The notes beneath the pieces are model-generated. The model saw only the letters and a program-made list of their open reading frames with translations. It was not told where the DNA came from and did not search any database. This document shows, one piece after another, positions 38,503-48,410 of a stretch of 50,686 nt of DNA. The position numbers were made by a program, and so were the translations under genes. Numbering within the stretch: position 1 is the stretch's first letter; each line of letters starts with the position of its first letter. The stretch is from Candidatus Aenigmatarchaeota archaeon (GTDB taxonomy: Archaea > Aenigmatarchaeota > Aenigmatarchaeia > QMZP01): NCBI GenBank assembly GCA_030615165.1, contig JAUWZW010000001.1, forward strand, positions 1 through 50,686. The letters run 5' to 3'.

Positions 38503-39963
38503 ATGACCAAATTTTATATAACAACAGCAATAGACTACGTGAATGCAAGCCCGCATCTGGGGCATGCATACGAGAAGATAGTGACGGATGTCATTGCCAG
38601 ATGGCAGAGGCTTTTGGGTAAAGATGTTTTCTTCTTAACAGGAACCGATGAGAATGCCCAGAAAAATGAGCAGGCTGCCAGGGAAGCCGGAATACCTGTA
38701 AAGAAGTTTGTTGCTCAGAACAGCACAAAATTCGAAGAACTCTGCAGAAAGCTCAATCTTAGTCATAATGATTTTATAAGGACAACCCAGGAAAGGCATG
38801 TCAAAGTCAGCCGGGAAATATTCAAGAAGCTCCTGGATAAAGGCTATATATACAAAGGCACCTATGAGGGTTATTATTGTGTGGGTTGCGAGGCGTTCAT
38901 AACAGAGAAATATCTTGTTGACGGCAAATGCCCAGAACATGAAAAGAAGCCTGAATGGCTTAAAGAGGAGAGCTATTTTTTCAGGATGAGCAAATATACG
39001 GATTTCATTCGAGGCCTGCTTGAAAAAAAGGATTTTGTTTTGCCTGATTACAGAAGGATAGAGATATTGAACAGGATCAAATCAGAGGGTCTGAAGGACC
39101 TGTCCGTGAGCAGGACAAAGTTAAAATGGGGCATACCAACACCAAATGACCCGAACCATACAATTTATGTGTGGATTGATGCTCTTACAAACTATATTTC
39201 AGCACTGGGATATCCGGATGGAGCAAGATTCAAGAAATACTGGCCGGCGGACATCCATATGATTGGAAAGGGGATAAACTGGTTCCATTCTGTTATCTGG
39301 CCCTGCATACTCAAGGCAGCAGGTATTGAGATGCCAAAAACCATTCTGGTTCATGGATATATCAACCTCGGGGGAGAAAAAATGAGCAAAAGCGGGGGGA
39401 CTGTTATTGACCCCTTTGAGATTATAGATAAGTATGGTGCTGACACTCTCAGATATTTTCTGATTAAGGATATTCCCTTCGGTGAAGACGGTGACTTCTC
39501 AGAGAAGGCATTGGTTGAGAGAATCAATGGAGAGCTTGTCTCAGACCTCGGCAATCTTGTTTCAAGGGTATTGACCCTTACAGAAAGATACAAAGGCGGG
39601 ATTAAAGGTAAACCAGAGCTTGACAAAAAATTAAATCTTGAGAAAATTGAAAAATATATCGAGGGATACAAGTTACATCATGCGATTGATGAAATTTTTG
39701 AATTCATCAGGGCTGCGAACAAATATATAAACCAGCATGAACCGTGGAAGCTTGAAGGCAAGGAACTGGGCAATGTCTTGTATAATCTGCTTGAATCCCT
39801 GAGGGTCATAGCTATCTTTGTATCTCCCTTCATGCCTGAGACCGCTGAAGAAATAAACAGGCAAATCGGGGCAAAGCCCGGTTTTCTTAAGGACTGCAAA
39901 TTTAAATCCTGGAAGGGAAAGATAAAGAAAGGCAGGCATTTATTTGAAAAGGTAAAGGATTGA
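38503..39963 (+). CDS. metG: Methionine--tRNA ligase (short, single-knuckle)
   Basis: FYITTAIDYVN.SPHLGH, YVWIDAL.NY, KMSKS. Confidence 0.96.
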   Translation: MTKFYITTAIDYVNASPHLGHAYEKIVTDVIARWQRLLGKDVFFLTGTDENAQKNEQAAREAGIPVKKFVAQNSTKFEELCRKLNLSHNDFIRTTQERHVKVSREIFKKLLDKGYIYKGTYEGYYCVGCEAFITEKYLVDGKCPEHEKKPEWLKEESYFFRMSKYTDFIRGLLEKKDFVLPDYRRIEILNRIKSEGLKDLSVSRTKLKWGIPTPNDPNHTIYVWIDALTNYISALGYPDGARFKKYWPADIHMIGKGINWFHSVIWPCILKAAGIEMPKTILVHGYINLGGEKMSKSGGTVIDPFEIIDKYGADTLRYFLIKDIPFGEDGDFSEKALVERINGELVSDLGNLVSRVLTLTERYKGGIKGKPELDKKLNLEKIEKYIEGYKLHHAIDEIFEFIRAANKYINQHEPWKLEGKELGNVLYNLLESLRVIAIFVSPFMPETAEEINRQIGAKPGFLKDCKFKSWKGKIKKGRHLFEKVKD

Positions 39964-40002
39964 CGCAGCTTGTCTGCGTCCCCGTAACCAATTGCAAGGC
40001 GA
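39957..40002 (+). ncRNA. Candidate structured leader motif, copy 4
   Basis: GGATT-[GACGCAG cttgt CTGCGTC]-CCCG-TAACC-AATTGCAAGGCGA, 5 nt before ATG. Confidence 0.55.
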
Positions 40003-40007
40003 GGTAT

Positions 40008-40349
40008 ATGGCAAAGTTTGAAGAACATGCAAAGGAATTGAACATAAAGGCTGTTACAGGTACAGCCATTATCAGCTCATTCGGTTTTATAATAGCGCTA
40101 TTCTGGAGGGATGCAATAAAGGAGCTTATTGTAAAGGTCGTTCCAGCGGGTGAAGGCATGGCCTATTCCTTTGTTGCAGCAATAATCGTGACAATTATTG
40201 CAGTGATTGCAATCTACGTTGTTTCCAGATGGATGAATATCAGCATAAAGGAGCATGCAAAGAAATTAAAGAAGGTAAAAGACGGGATAGGAAGGGTAGA
40301 CAATAAAATTATTGGAAGGGACATCAGCCTGAGGAGAAAGAAAAAATAA
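40008..40349 (+). CDS. DUF5654-like small membrane protein
   Basis: SSFGFIIALFWRDAI; two TMs. Confidence 0.7.
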   Translation: MAKFEEHAKELNIKAVTGTAIISSFGFIIALFWRDAIKELIVKVVPAGEGMAYSFVAAIIVTIIAVIAIYVVSRWMNISIKEHAKKLKKVKDGIGRVDNKIIGRDISLRRKKK

Positions 40350-40446
40350 ATTCAAAACCTATAACAAAAAACTAATTTTCCAAAATATATTCTGCAGCAC
40401 CGAAATCCTTTATTAGGGGTTCTGACAAATTATATACTGCACTCAA

Positions 40447-40494
40447 CCACAACATATTGTGGTAGTGGTATGTAGCTATAACAAGATATAGTAT
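40447..40494 (+). promoter_or_regulatory. Tandem NrdR boxes
   Basis: CCACAACATATTGTGG (40447-40462) and TAACAAGATATAGTAT (40479-40494), starts 32 bp apart, just downstream of TATA-like TTTATTA/TTATATA. Confidence 0.75.
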
Positions 40495-40506
40495 TCATCC
40501 CCAAGT

Positions 40507-40640
40507 GGTAAATTGAGCACTTGCATGTTCGTATATTGAGGTTAAACAAAGTAACAGTTCGAACTGTTAATCAATTAACAGATGAATTTATGATTGTTTA
40601 AGCCTCAATAAGGTGCTCTCCGTTACAGATTGTGAGGCGA
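40507..40640 (+). ncRNA. Candidate structured leader motif, copy 5 with expanded stem (nrdD 5' UTR)
   Basis: GAGCACTT...AGGTGCTC closes nested stems, then TCCG-TTACA-GATTGTGAGGCGA, 5 nt before ATG. Confidence 0.55.
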
Positions 40641-40645
40641 GGTAT

Positions 40646-42940
40646 ATGAGATGTCCATTCTGTAAGCATCCTGAAACAAGGGTCATAGACAAAAGGGTTT
40701 CTGATGACAAAGCCAACAGGAGGAGAAGGGAGTGTTTAAAGTGCAGAAAGAGGTTCACAACCTATGAAAGGATTACAGGCCTTATAACAAAAGTTAGGAA
40801 GAGGAACGGAAGGTTTGTTGATTTTGACCAGGAAAAGATAACTAATGTGATATGGAAGGCAGCGCAGTCTGTTGGCGGAACTGATAAGGAACTGGCAAAG
40901 GTTTTATCTGACAAGGTTGTTTCTGTTCTTGAGGACAAGTTTGGCGGTGTGACCATTCCTACTGTGGAGCAGATACAGGACATTGTGGAAAAGGTGCTTG
41001 TTGAGAATGGCCACTACAAGACTGCAAAGGCATACATACTTTACAGGAAACAGCATGAGAAGATAAGGGAAACGAAGACCCTGATGGTTGATGTAACCAA
41101 CACTATAGGGGAATACCTGAGCCAGACAGACTGGAGGGTAAAGGAAAACGCAAACGAGGCTTTTTCATTCTCCGGGCTCCTGCTGCACACTGCAGGGAAG
41201 GTCATGTCCAATTATAATTTGAATGAACTCTATTCTGCAGAGATAACCAACGCGCACAAGCAGGGATACATCCACATACATGATTTGTCTCATGGTGTTA
41301 TTGGCTACTGCTGCGGTCATTCCTTGAAGAATCTCCTACTCTGGGGCTTTGGTGGGGTCCCGAACAAGGTTGACTGCAAGCCTGCAAAACATTTATCCAC
41401 TGTTGTCCATCAGATGGTCAACTACATAGGCTGCTTACAGATGGAGTTCGCCGGAGCGCAGGCCTTCAGCTCCGTGGACACCCTGCTTGCACCCTTTGTG
41501 AGGGCAGACAAGCTCTCCTACAGGGAGGTCAAGCAGAACATGCAGCAGCTTGTTTTCTCATTAAATATTCCTTCAAGGTGGGGAGCGCAGTTTCCATTTT
41601 CCAATCTCACCTTTGATTGGGTCTGTCCAGATGACATGAAAAAGGAGATGGCTGTGGTAGGTGGTAAGCCGCAGAACTTCACTTATAGGGACTGCCAAAA
41701 GGAGATGGATATGGTAAACAGAGCATTTATTGAGGTCATGCTGGAGGGTGATGCCAATGGAGGTGTATTTACATTTCCAATCCCGACCTACAACTTAACA
41801 AAGGGATTTGACTGGGACTCCCCTAATGCAAAGCTCCTCTTTGAAATGACCGCAAAATACGGTCTTCCTTACTTCCAGAATTATATAGGTTCTAACCTTG
41901 ACCCGAAATCCGTACATGCCATGTGCTGCAGGCTTAACCTGAATATGAAAGAATTGATGCAGAGACCCGGTGGGATGTGGGGCCCTGGGGATTCAACAGG
42001 CAGTGTAGGTGTCATGACCATAAATGTCAACAGGCTGACATACGAGGCAAGGAAGGAATCAGAATCTGATGAGGAGACAAGGACACTCTACTTCAACAAG
42101 CTCGGATATTACATGACATTGTGCAAGAACGCCCTTGAGATAAAGAGGGAGGTTGTGGAGAAGAACATGAAAAACGGCCTTATGCCCTTCACCAGGAGGT
42201 ATCTGGGAACATTCAGAAACCACTTCTCAACAATCGGGCTCTGCGGAATGAACGAGGCCTGCCTGAATCTACTTGGAAAGGACATATCAAGCCCAGAAGG
42301 GAAGAAATTTGCAATAGACACCCTGAATTCCATGAGGGACAAGTGTTTAGAGTTCCAGAAGGAAACAGGGAATTTATACAATCTTGAGGCAACGCCTGCT
42401 GAATCGACCGCCTATAGATTCGCCAGGGAGGACAAGAAGATGTATCCTGACATAATAACATCAGGTAAGAAGGAGCCTTACTTAACCAACTCAACCCAGC
42501 TCCCTGTTGGCAGGACAGATGATGTAATCGAGGCAGTAGAGCACCAGAATGATATACAATATTTATATACAGGTGGAACAATCTTCCATACATTCCTAGG
42601 TGAAAGGATGTCATCAGGCGAGGCATGCAAGCAGCTGGTCAGGAAGATTGCATTCAACACAAGGCTCCCATACTTCTCAATAACCCCTACATTCTCCAGA
42701 TGCCCTGAACATGGCTACATAAAGGGTGAACACTTCAAATGCCCGCAGCCCAATGGTGGGGGTAAGGGTAAGAGCAAGAATGGTGTTTGCGGCAAGCGCT
42801 GTGAGGTCTATTCCAGGGTTGTTGGATATTTCAGACCCGTGCAGACATGGAATGAAGGTAAGCAGGAAGAGTTCAGGGACAGGCTAGAGTTCAGCGAAAG
42901 GAAGGCTCTCAAGAAGCCATTACCAAACATGGCTGCATGA
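40646..42940 (+). CDS. nrdD: Anaerobic (class III) ribonucleotide reductase with N-terminal NrdR-type Zn ribbon and ATP cone
   Basis: MRCPFC...RRRRECLKCRKRFTTYE; VRKRNG...FD..KI ATP cone; IHIHDL, AMCCRL, YSRVVGY glycyl-radical motif. Confidence 0.95.
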   Translation: MRCPFCKHPETRVIDKRVSDDKANRRRRECLKCRKRFTTYERITGLITKVRKRNGRFVDFDQEKITNVIWKAAQSVGGTDKELAKVLSDKVVSVLEDKFGGVTIPTVEQIQDIVEKVLVENGHYKTAKAYILYRKQHEKIRETKTLMVDVTNTIGEYLSQTDWRVKENANEAFSFSGLLLHTAGKVMSNYNLNELYSAEITNAHKQGYIHIHDLSHGVIGYCCGHSLKNLLLWGFGGVPNKVDCKPAKHLSTVVHQMVNYIGCLQMEFAGAQAFSSVDTLLAPFVRADKLSYREVKQNMQQLVFSLNIPSRWGAQFPFSNLTFDWVCPDDMKKEMAVVGGKPQNFTYRDCQKEMDMVNRAFIEVMLEGDANGGVFTFPIPTYNLTKGFDWDSPNAKLLFEMTAKYGLPYFQNYIGSNLDPKSVHAMCCRLNLNMKELMQRPGGMWGPGDSTGSVGVMTINVNRLTYEARKESESDEETRTLYFNKLGYYMTLCKNALEIKREVVEKNMKNGLMPFTRRYLGTFRNHFSTIGLCGMNEACLNLLGKDISSPEGKKFAIDTLNSMRDKCLEFQKETGNLYNLEATPAESTAYRFAREDKKMYPDIITSGKKEPYLTNSTQLPVGRTDDVIEAVEHQNDIQYLYTGGTIFHTFLGERMSSGEACKQLVRKIAFNTRLPYFSITPTFSRCPEHGYIKGEHFKCPQPNGGGKGKSKNGVCGKRCEVYSRVVGYFRPVQTWNEGKQEEFRDRLEFSERKALKKPLPNMAA

Positions 42941-42971
42941 TTTTTTATTTCTTTAATGTAATTGGTTGGTT

Positions 42972-44276
42972 ATGGACAAATACATATCTGACTCTGAAAC
43001 CGGAATGCAAGAATTCCATGTTGATGAATCCACATTCGGGGAAGTGGAGATGACTGCCATCCTCTCCATGATAAAGGAAACTATAAAGGCCCCGATATTC
43101 AATGTAGGCATTGGTGGGAGCATCTATTCAACACCCGTGGTTTACAAAGGCACAGTTTATTTCGGCGCATGTGATAAGAATTTATATGCTGTTGATGCAG
43201 AAACAGGCAAAGAGGTCTGGAGGTTCAGCACGGATGGTGTTATAGTAGGCTCGCCCACAGTGTGCAATGGTGTGGTGTATTTCGGCTCTTATGACAACTG
43301 TCTTTACGCGCTCTCTGTAAAGACTGGAAAGCTTTTGTGGAAGTTTGATACAGATGATATGATATTTTCAACTCCCTTCATCCACAAGGATATTGTCTAT
43401 TTCGGCTGCAAGGATGGTAATCTTTATGCAGTATCTGCAAATAATGGAAAATTGCTGTGGAAATTCAGCACAAATGATTCCATTGCAACCTCACCCAAGG
43501 TATACAAGGATGTTGTCTATTTCGGTTCGGATGATATGAATTTCTATGCATTAAGTCTGGATGGCAAAAAGTTGTGGAGCTTTGCAGTGAATGGGTGTAT
43601 AAGCGCAAGCCCGGAGATATTTGATGATATAATTTATTTTGGTTCAATGGACCACAATCTCTATGCGCTTTCCATTGAAGGAAAGCTGCTATGGAAATTC
43701 AAAACCAATGCTGCAATAGCGCTTCGGGAGCCTGCTGTGCATAATGGAGTTGTCTATTCTGGCTCGCGGGAAGGCAACCTGTTTGCGCTGGATGCAAAGA
43801 ACGGAAGGCTTTTGTGGAAATTCCCTTCCAAAGACATCATCATTACAACCCCCATCATATACAAGGACAGGATATTCTTCGGTTCGGATGACAAGAACTT
43901 CTATGCGCTGGATATGGATGGCAAGCTATTATGGAGGTTCACCACAAAGGGCTTCTGTCCTTCATCCCCATCTGCTTACAAAGACGTGGTTTACTTCGGC
44001 TCATTTGACTGCAATATTTATGCTGTCACAATTGATGGTGAGCTGGTATGGAAGTTCCCGACCAGTATGAGCAGCCAGTCGCGCATAGAGATTGAACCCG
44101 AGCACTTGCCTAAGACAGTTCAGGTTGTCTGGAAACCTGAAACAAAAGAGGAAAGGAAAGAGTACAAGAAAGGTGAAACCGATATAGCTGATTACGGCGC
44201 GTTCTCAGGAACATATATTGACACAGCAAAAACAGATTATTTGGGGCATAAAAAGAAGGGATACAAGGCAGGGTGA
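42972..44276 (+). CDS. PQQ/BamB-like 8-blade beta-propeller protein, paralog 1
   Basis: Eight P....VYFG..D..LYA....G...W.F repeats; no signal peptide. Confidence 0.9.
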   Translation: MDKYISDSETGMQEFHVDESTFGEVEMTAILSMIKETIKAPIFNVGIGGSIYSTPVVYKGTVYFGACDKNLYAVDAETGKEVWRFSTDGVIVGSPTVCNGVVYFGSYDNCLYALSVKTGKLLWKFDTDDMIFSTPFIHKDIVYFGCKDGNLYAVSANNGKLLWKFSTNDSIATSPKVYKDVVYFGSDDMNFYALSLDGKKLWSFAVNGCISASPEIFDDIIYFGSMDHNLYALSIEGKLLWKFKTNAAIALREPAVHNGVVYSGSREGNLFALDAKNGRLLWKFPSKDIIITTPIIYKDRIFFGSDDKNFYALDMDGKLLWRFTTKGFCPSSPSAYKDVVYFGSFDCNIYAVTIDGELVWKFPTSMSSQSRIEIEPEHLPKTVQVVWKPETKEERKEYKKGETDIADYGAFSGTYIDTAKTDYLGHKKKGYKAG

Positions 44277-44277
44277 T

Positions 44278-45561
44278 ATGGACAAATATATATCTGAAGA
44301 AGATACAAAAAACGTAGGATTTGATGTGTCTTCAGAATTTGGTGAGCTGCAGGCAATAATAGGATTGATGGAGGCAAAGGAATCGAGGAGCAGTCTGATT
44401 GAAGGTATAGGAGTTGGTGGTAGCATATTAAGCTTTCCGCAGATGTATAAAAACAGGATTTACTTTGGGTGTTGCGACAAGAATATTTATTGTGTGAACC
44501 TAGATGGAAAGGAGGTATGGAGGTTTTCAACGCAAGGTGTTGTTCTTTCAGCGGCACTGATATATAATGATATTATCTACATGGGGTCTTATGATAATGT
44601 TTTCTATGCTATAAACCTGGACGGGGAGCTTGTGTGGAAGTTTGCAACAAATGGAAAGATCATAATCAAGGCAGCCATTCATAAAAACCATATCTACTTC
44701 GGTTCCTCGGATCATAACTTCTATAAGCTTGATTTGAGTGGAAAGCTTATTTGGAAGTTTACAACAGGGGAAAGGGTTGTGGGAGAGCCTGTTTTTCATG
44801 GAAACTGTGTTTTATTCCCATCCGGGGATGGGAATTTCTATGCCGTTGATACAAAAACAGGCAGGGAGGTGTGGAGATTCACAACAGGCGGTTATACAAC
44901 AGCTTTTCCTGCATTTATTATGGATAACAAGGTTTTCTTTGGTTCAGCTGACAAGCATTTGTATGCCCTGAATCTTGATGGTAATCTGGCCTGGAAATTC
45001 AAGTGTGGTGATACAGTCTATCCTGCGGGTGTTTACAAAAACATGGCATTTGCTGCTTCAAGGGATAACAATCTTTATGCAATTAATATTAAGACAGGGA
45101 AGATGGTATGGGTTTTTAAAACAAAGGATGTGGTTGCCACCCATGTCATTCCCTTTAAAGATAAACTATATTTTGGTTCCTGGGATAAGAACCTTTATTG
45201 TTTAAATCTGAAGGGCGAGATGGCATGGAAATTCTCGACAACCGGTTTCGTAGCATCCACACCAATAATACATGACAGTGTTATATATTTCGGTGCCTGG
45301 GATTGCAATCTATATGCAGTTGATTTGAAAGGGAAACTGGTTTGGAAGTTTCCAACAAGTCTAAGTTATCAATCCTCAATAACGCCTGCTGAATCAAGGA
45401 AAACAATAAGTATTGAAATTAAGATTCAGGATGAAACAGAGGGAGAAAGAGAAAAGTACAAATCTGAAGGTGGGGGAAGTTACGAACTCAACCTGGCCCA
45501 ATATGGTGCTATGGACAAGGGGTATCTGGGCCGCAAGAAGAAGGGTTATAAGGAAGGTTGA
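44278..45561 (+). CDS. PQQ/BamB-like beta-propeller protein, paralog 2
   Basis: Same repeats; start MDKYIS 1 nt after the previous stop. Confidence 0.9.
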   Translation: MDKYISEEDTKNVGFDVSSEFGELQAIIGLMEAKESRSSLIEGIGVGGSILSFPQMYKNRIYFGCCDKNIYCVNLDGKEVWRFSTQGVVLSAALIYNDIIYMGSYDNVFYAINLDGELVWKFATNGKIIIKAAIHKNHIYFGSSDHNFYKLDLSGKLIWKFTTGERVVGEPVFHGNCVLFPSGDGNFYAVDTKTGREVWRFTTGGYTTAFPAFIMDNKVFFGSADKHLYALNLDGNLAWKFKCGDTVYPAGVYKNMAFAASRDNNLYAINIKTGKMVWVFKTKDVVATHVIPFKDKLYFGSWDKNLYCLNLKGEMAWKFSTTGFVASTPIIHDSVIYFGAWDCNLYAVDLKGKLVWKFPTSLSYQSSITPAESRKTISIEIKIQDETEGEREKYKSEGGGSYELNLAQYGAMDKGYLGRKKKGYKEG

Positions 45562-45562
45562 T

Positions 45563-46861
45563 ATGGACAAATATATCCAAGAGGATTCGGGACCAACAGT
45601 AGCAATAGAGATAGAGGAATCTGTTTTCGGTGAGCTTGAGACCATTGGCATGCTGCAGGAAATTGTTGATTATGTCAGTGAAGCAAAAACAACAGTGACT
45701 TTTAATCATACGGCTGGGGGGAGCATTCACACAGATCCTGTATTTTACAAGGGTGTGATTTATTTCAACGCAAGCGATAAAAATCTATATGCCATTAGCC
45801 CGGATGGCGAGAAAATCTGGACATTCAAATGTGGGGATATTCCATTTCACATTACAATAGAAAATGATATCATTTATTTTGGCTGTTATGACAAAAACTT
45901 GTATACCGTTTCTTTGGAAGGGGGGCTTTTGTGGAAATTCGCAACAAACGGAAAGGTCGTTTCCAGGCCGTTTGTGAAAGATGGTAAGATTTATTTTGGC
46001 TCTGAAGACGGGAACCTGTATGCAATCTCTGCAAAAGGTGAATTGGTGTGGAAATTCAACACCCAGGAACGGGTTTTCTCTGCTCCGGTTGTTTATAAAA
46101 ATATGGTTATATTCGGAGCAGAGGACAAGAACGTATATGCACTTGACCCTGAAACAGGGGAAATGATATGGAAATTCCCAGGAAACGCGGCAATGGGTTC
46201 GCCCGTTGTATACAAGGATGTTATCTATGTCGTAAGCTATGACCATAATCTTTATGCTTTGGATTTGACCGGTAGGTTATTATGGAAATTCACCACAACC
46301 GCACCAATAAGTTACAAGGAATGTTTAGTGGTAAATGATGTCATCTATTTCGCTAACGACGGGGGTGTTGTTTATGCACTTGGCATAGACGGGAAAGTAA
46401 TATGGAAGTTCCAAACAAAAGGGAAAATTAATTTTATCACGCTGGTTTTGCATGATGGTGTTATTTATTTTGGTTCCCATGACTTCAAAATGTATGCATT
46501 GGATGCCAAAACAGGGAAAAGGCTTTGGGCATATGGAACAAAAAATATCATAATTAGCAAGCCGGTAATTTATGATAACAAATTGTATTTCGGTTCCTGG
46601 GACTGCAATTTTTATTGCTTAAGTTTTGACGGGAAATTGGTATGGAAATTGCCGACAAGCACAAGCAAGCTTGCTTCTGTTGATGTCCCTGCTACTACTG
46701 AGAAAAAGGTTTCAAGATTTATTATGAAACTGCAGGATGTTGAAAGGAAGGCGTACAGGACTTCTTCCTCAACTAAAGGCCAGATTGGTGGGACATACAG
46801 TCTTGATATAGGATATAAAACAGAACATGAATATAAAGGGGGGAGGAAATATGGCAAGTGA
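45563..46861 (+). CDS. PQQ/BamB-like beta-propeller protein, paralog 3
   Basis: Same repeats; start MDKYIQ 1 nt after the previous stop; overlaps the nrdG start. Confidence 0.9.
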   Translation: MDKYIQEDSGPTVAIEIEESVFGELETIGMLQEIVDYVSEAKTTVTFNHTAGGSIHTDPVFYKGVIYFNASDKNLYAISPDGEKIWTFKCGDIPFHITIENDIIYFGCYDKNLYTVSLEGGLLWKFATNGKVVSRPFVKDGKIYFGSEDGNLYAISAKGELVWKFNTQERVFSAPVVYKNMVIFGAEDKNVYALDPETGEMIWKFPGNAAMGSPVVYKDVIYVVSYDHNLYALDLTGRLLWKFTTTAPISYKECLVVNDVIYFANDGGVVYALGIDGKVIWKFQTKGKINFITLVLHDGVIYFGSHDFKMYALDAKTGKRLWAYGTKNIIISKPVIYDNKLYFGSWDCNFYCLSFDGKLVWKLPTSTSKLASVDVPATTEKKVSRFIMKLQDVERKAYRTSSSTKGQIGGTYSLDIGYKTEHEYKGGRKYGK

Positions 46862-47558
46862 TACTGTGGACATCAAAGGCCTGCAGAAGACATCCCTGAT
46901 TGATTACCCAGGCAAAGTATGCTGTGTGGTTTTCTTTGGAGGATGTGATTTCCGTTGCCCGTTCTGTTACAATATCGACCTTGTTCTCAATCCAGAAAGG
47001 CTTCCAACAATACCAGAGGAGGAGTTCCTTGAGTTTTTGAAAAAGAGAAAGAAATGGCTTGACGGGGTCTGTCTCGGTGGTGGCGAGCCATGCATTCATC
47101 AGGACCTTCCGGAATTCATAAAGAAGATGAAGAATCTCGGCTTCTTGGTTAAACTGGACACAAACGGCTCTAAACCAGAGATGCTTGGAAAACTCCTGAA
47201 AGAGAATCTGCTGGACTACATTGCAATGGATATAAAGGCACCCCTGGAAAAATATGACAATGCTGCCGGGGTTAAAGTGGACAAAAGAGCAATCCAGAAA
47301 AGCATTGATTTGATAAGGAATTCCGGGGTTGATTACGAATTCAGGAGCACGGTTTTGCCCAGGCTGCATTCAAAGCAGGACCTGCTTTCAATCGGAAAAT
47401 GGCTGAGAGGGAGCAGGAGATTCTTCATACAGCAATTCAGGAATGAAAAAACCATGAACCCGGAATTCCAGAAAGAAAATGTATTTAAGCCTGAGGAGCT
47501 GAATGGGTTTAAGGAGATGCTGAAGCCGTATTTTAAAGAGGTTGAGGTGAGAGCGTGA
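46851..47558 (+). CDS. nrdG: Anaerobic RNR activating radical SAM protein
   Basis: SLIDYPG, CDFRCPFC, GGEP, KLDTNGS, YEFRST. Confidence 0.92.
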   Translation: MASDTVDIKGLQKTSLIDYPGKVCCVVFFGGCDFRCPFCYNIDLVLNPERLPTIPEEEFLEFLKKRKKWLDGVCLGGGEPCIHQDLPEFIKKMKNLGFLVKLDTNGSKPEMLGKLLKENLLDYIAMDIKAPLEKYDNAAGVKVDKRAIQKSIDLIRNSGVDYEFRSTVLPRLHSKQDLLSIGKWLRGSRRFFIQQFRNEKTMNPEFQKENVFKPEELNGFKEMLKPYFKEVEVRA

Positions 47559-48130
47559 AAGTAGTTCTTGCATCCAAATCCCCGAGAAGGAAGATGCTTC
47601 TGGAGCAGCTTGGCTTGCAGTTTGATATTATACCCAGCAATGCGGATGAAACAGAAATCAGGGAGGGAAACCCGGAAGAGCTTGTAAAGAGGCTTGCAGA
47701 ACTCAAGGCAGAATCCGTTGCCAGGAAGCTTGACGGGGAGAATGTTGTAATAGGTGCTGACACAATTGTTTATCTTGACGGAAAGATAATAGGGCAGCCA
47801 AGGGATGAAGAGGATGCAAAAAACACCCTGAGAATGCTTTCAGGGAAAACCCATGAGGTGTTTACAGGTGTTTGTGTGGTAAACACAAAGAACAATCAGA
47901 GGCTTTTTGATGTTGTCAGTACCCTTGTGACATTCAGGGAGCTTTCTGAGAAGGATATAGAGGAATGTATAAAAATAAAAAACAAGGTTGCACTCACAGG
48001 AGCAGGTTCTTACACCCCGGAACTTTACAGCAGGATTTTTGAAAAGCTTGAAGGCTCATTTAACAGTGTTGTTGGTCTTCCAACAGAAAGGCTTATACCA
48101 ATGTTAAGAAGCCAGGGTGTTGATGTTTAG
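47555..48130 (+). CDS. maf: Maf family NTP pyrophosphatase
   Basis: LASKSPRR, GADT.V, LSGKTH. Confidence 0.92.
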   Translation: MKVVLASKSPRRKMLLEQLGLQFDIIPSNADETEIREGNPEELVKRLAELKAESVARKLDGENVVIGADTIVYLDGKIIGQPRDEEDAKNTLRMLSGKTHEVFTGVCVVNTKNNQRLFDVVSTLVTFRELSEKDIEECIKIKNKVALTGAGSYTPELYSRIFEKLEGSFNSVVGLPTERLIPMLRSQGVDV

Positions 48131-48200
48131 CAAATAAACGAAAATCATCTTGCACATTTATAAAGGAACTCAAAAAGACTATTAACAAGGTGATATCTTT

Positions 48201-48383
48201 ATGCCGAAACCAATAGTTGACGCGAAAAAATGCACCGGAGAGGGGACATGTGTTTCAGTTTGTCCTGTGAATGTGTTTGAGATAAAGAACGGAAAATCTG
48301 TGGTTGTAAGGGCAAAGGACTGCATAGGATGCAGGGCATGCGAGACGTCCTGCCCCACTGGTGCAATAAAGGTTGTGGATTAA
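48201..48383 (+). CDS. Dicluster ferredoxin
   Basis: CTGEGTC...CP and CIGCRAC...CP. Confidence 0.92.
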   Translation: MPKPIVDAKKCTGEGTCVSVCPVNVFEIKNGKSVVVRAKDCIGCRACETSCPTGAIKVVD

Positions 48384-48410
48384 CCGCCCTGCAAGCAATC
48401 TGTGATGTTT

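Noticed and set aside
42972..46861. Periodic DNA repeats as CRISPR, or proteins as PQQ dehydrogenases/BamB
   Set aside because: The periodicity is propeller blade coding; there are no signal peptides or recognisable dehydrogenase catalytic insertions.
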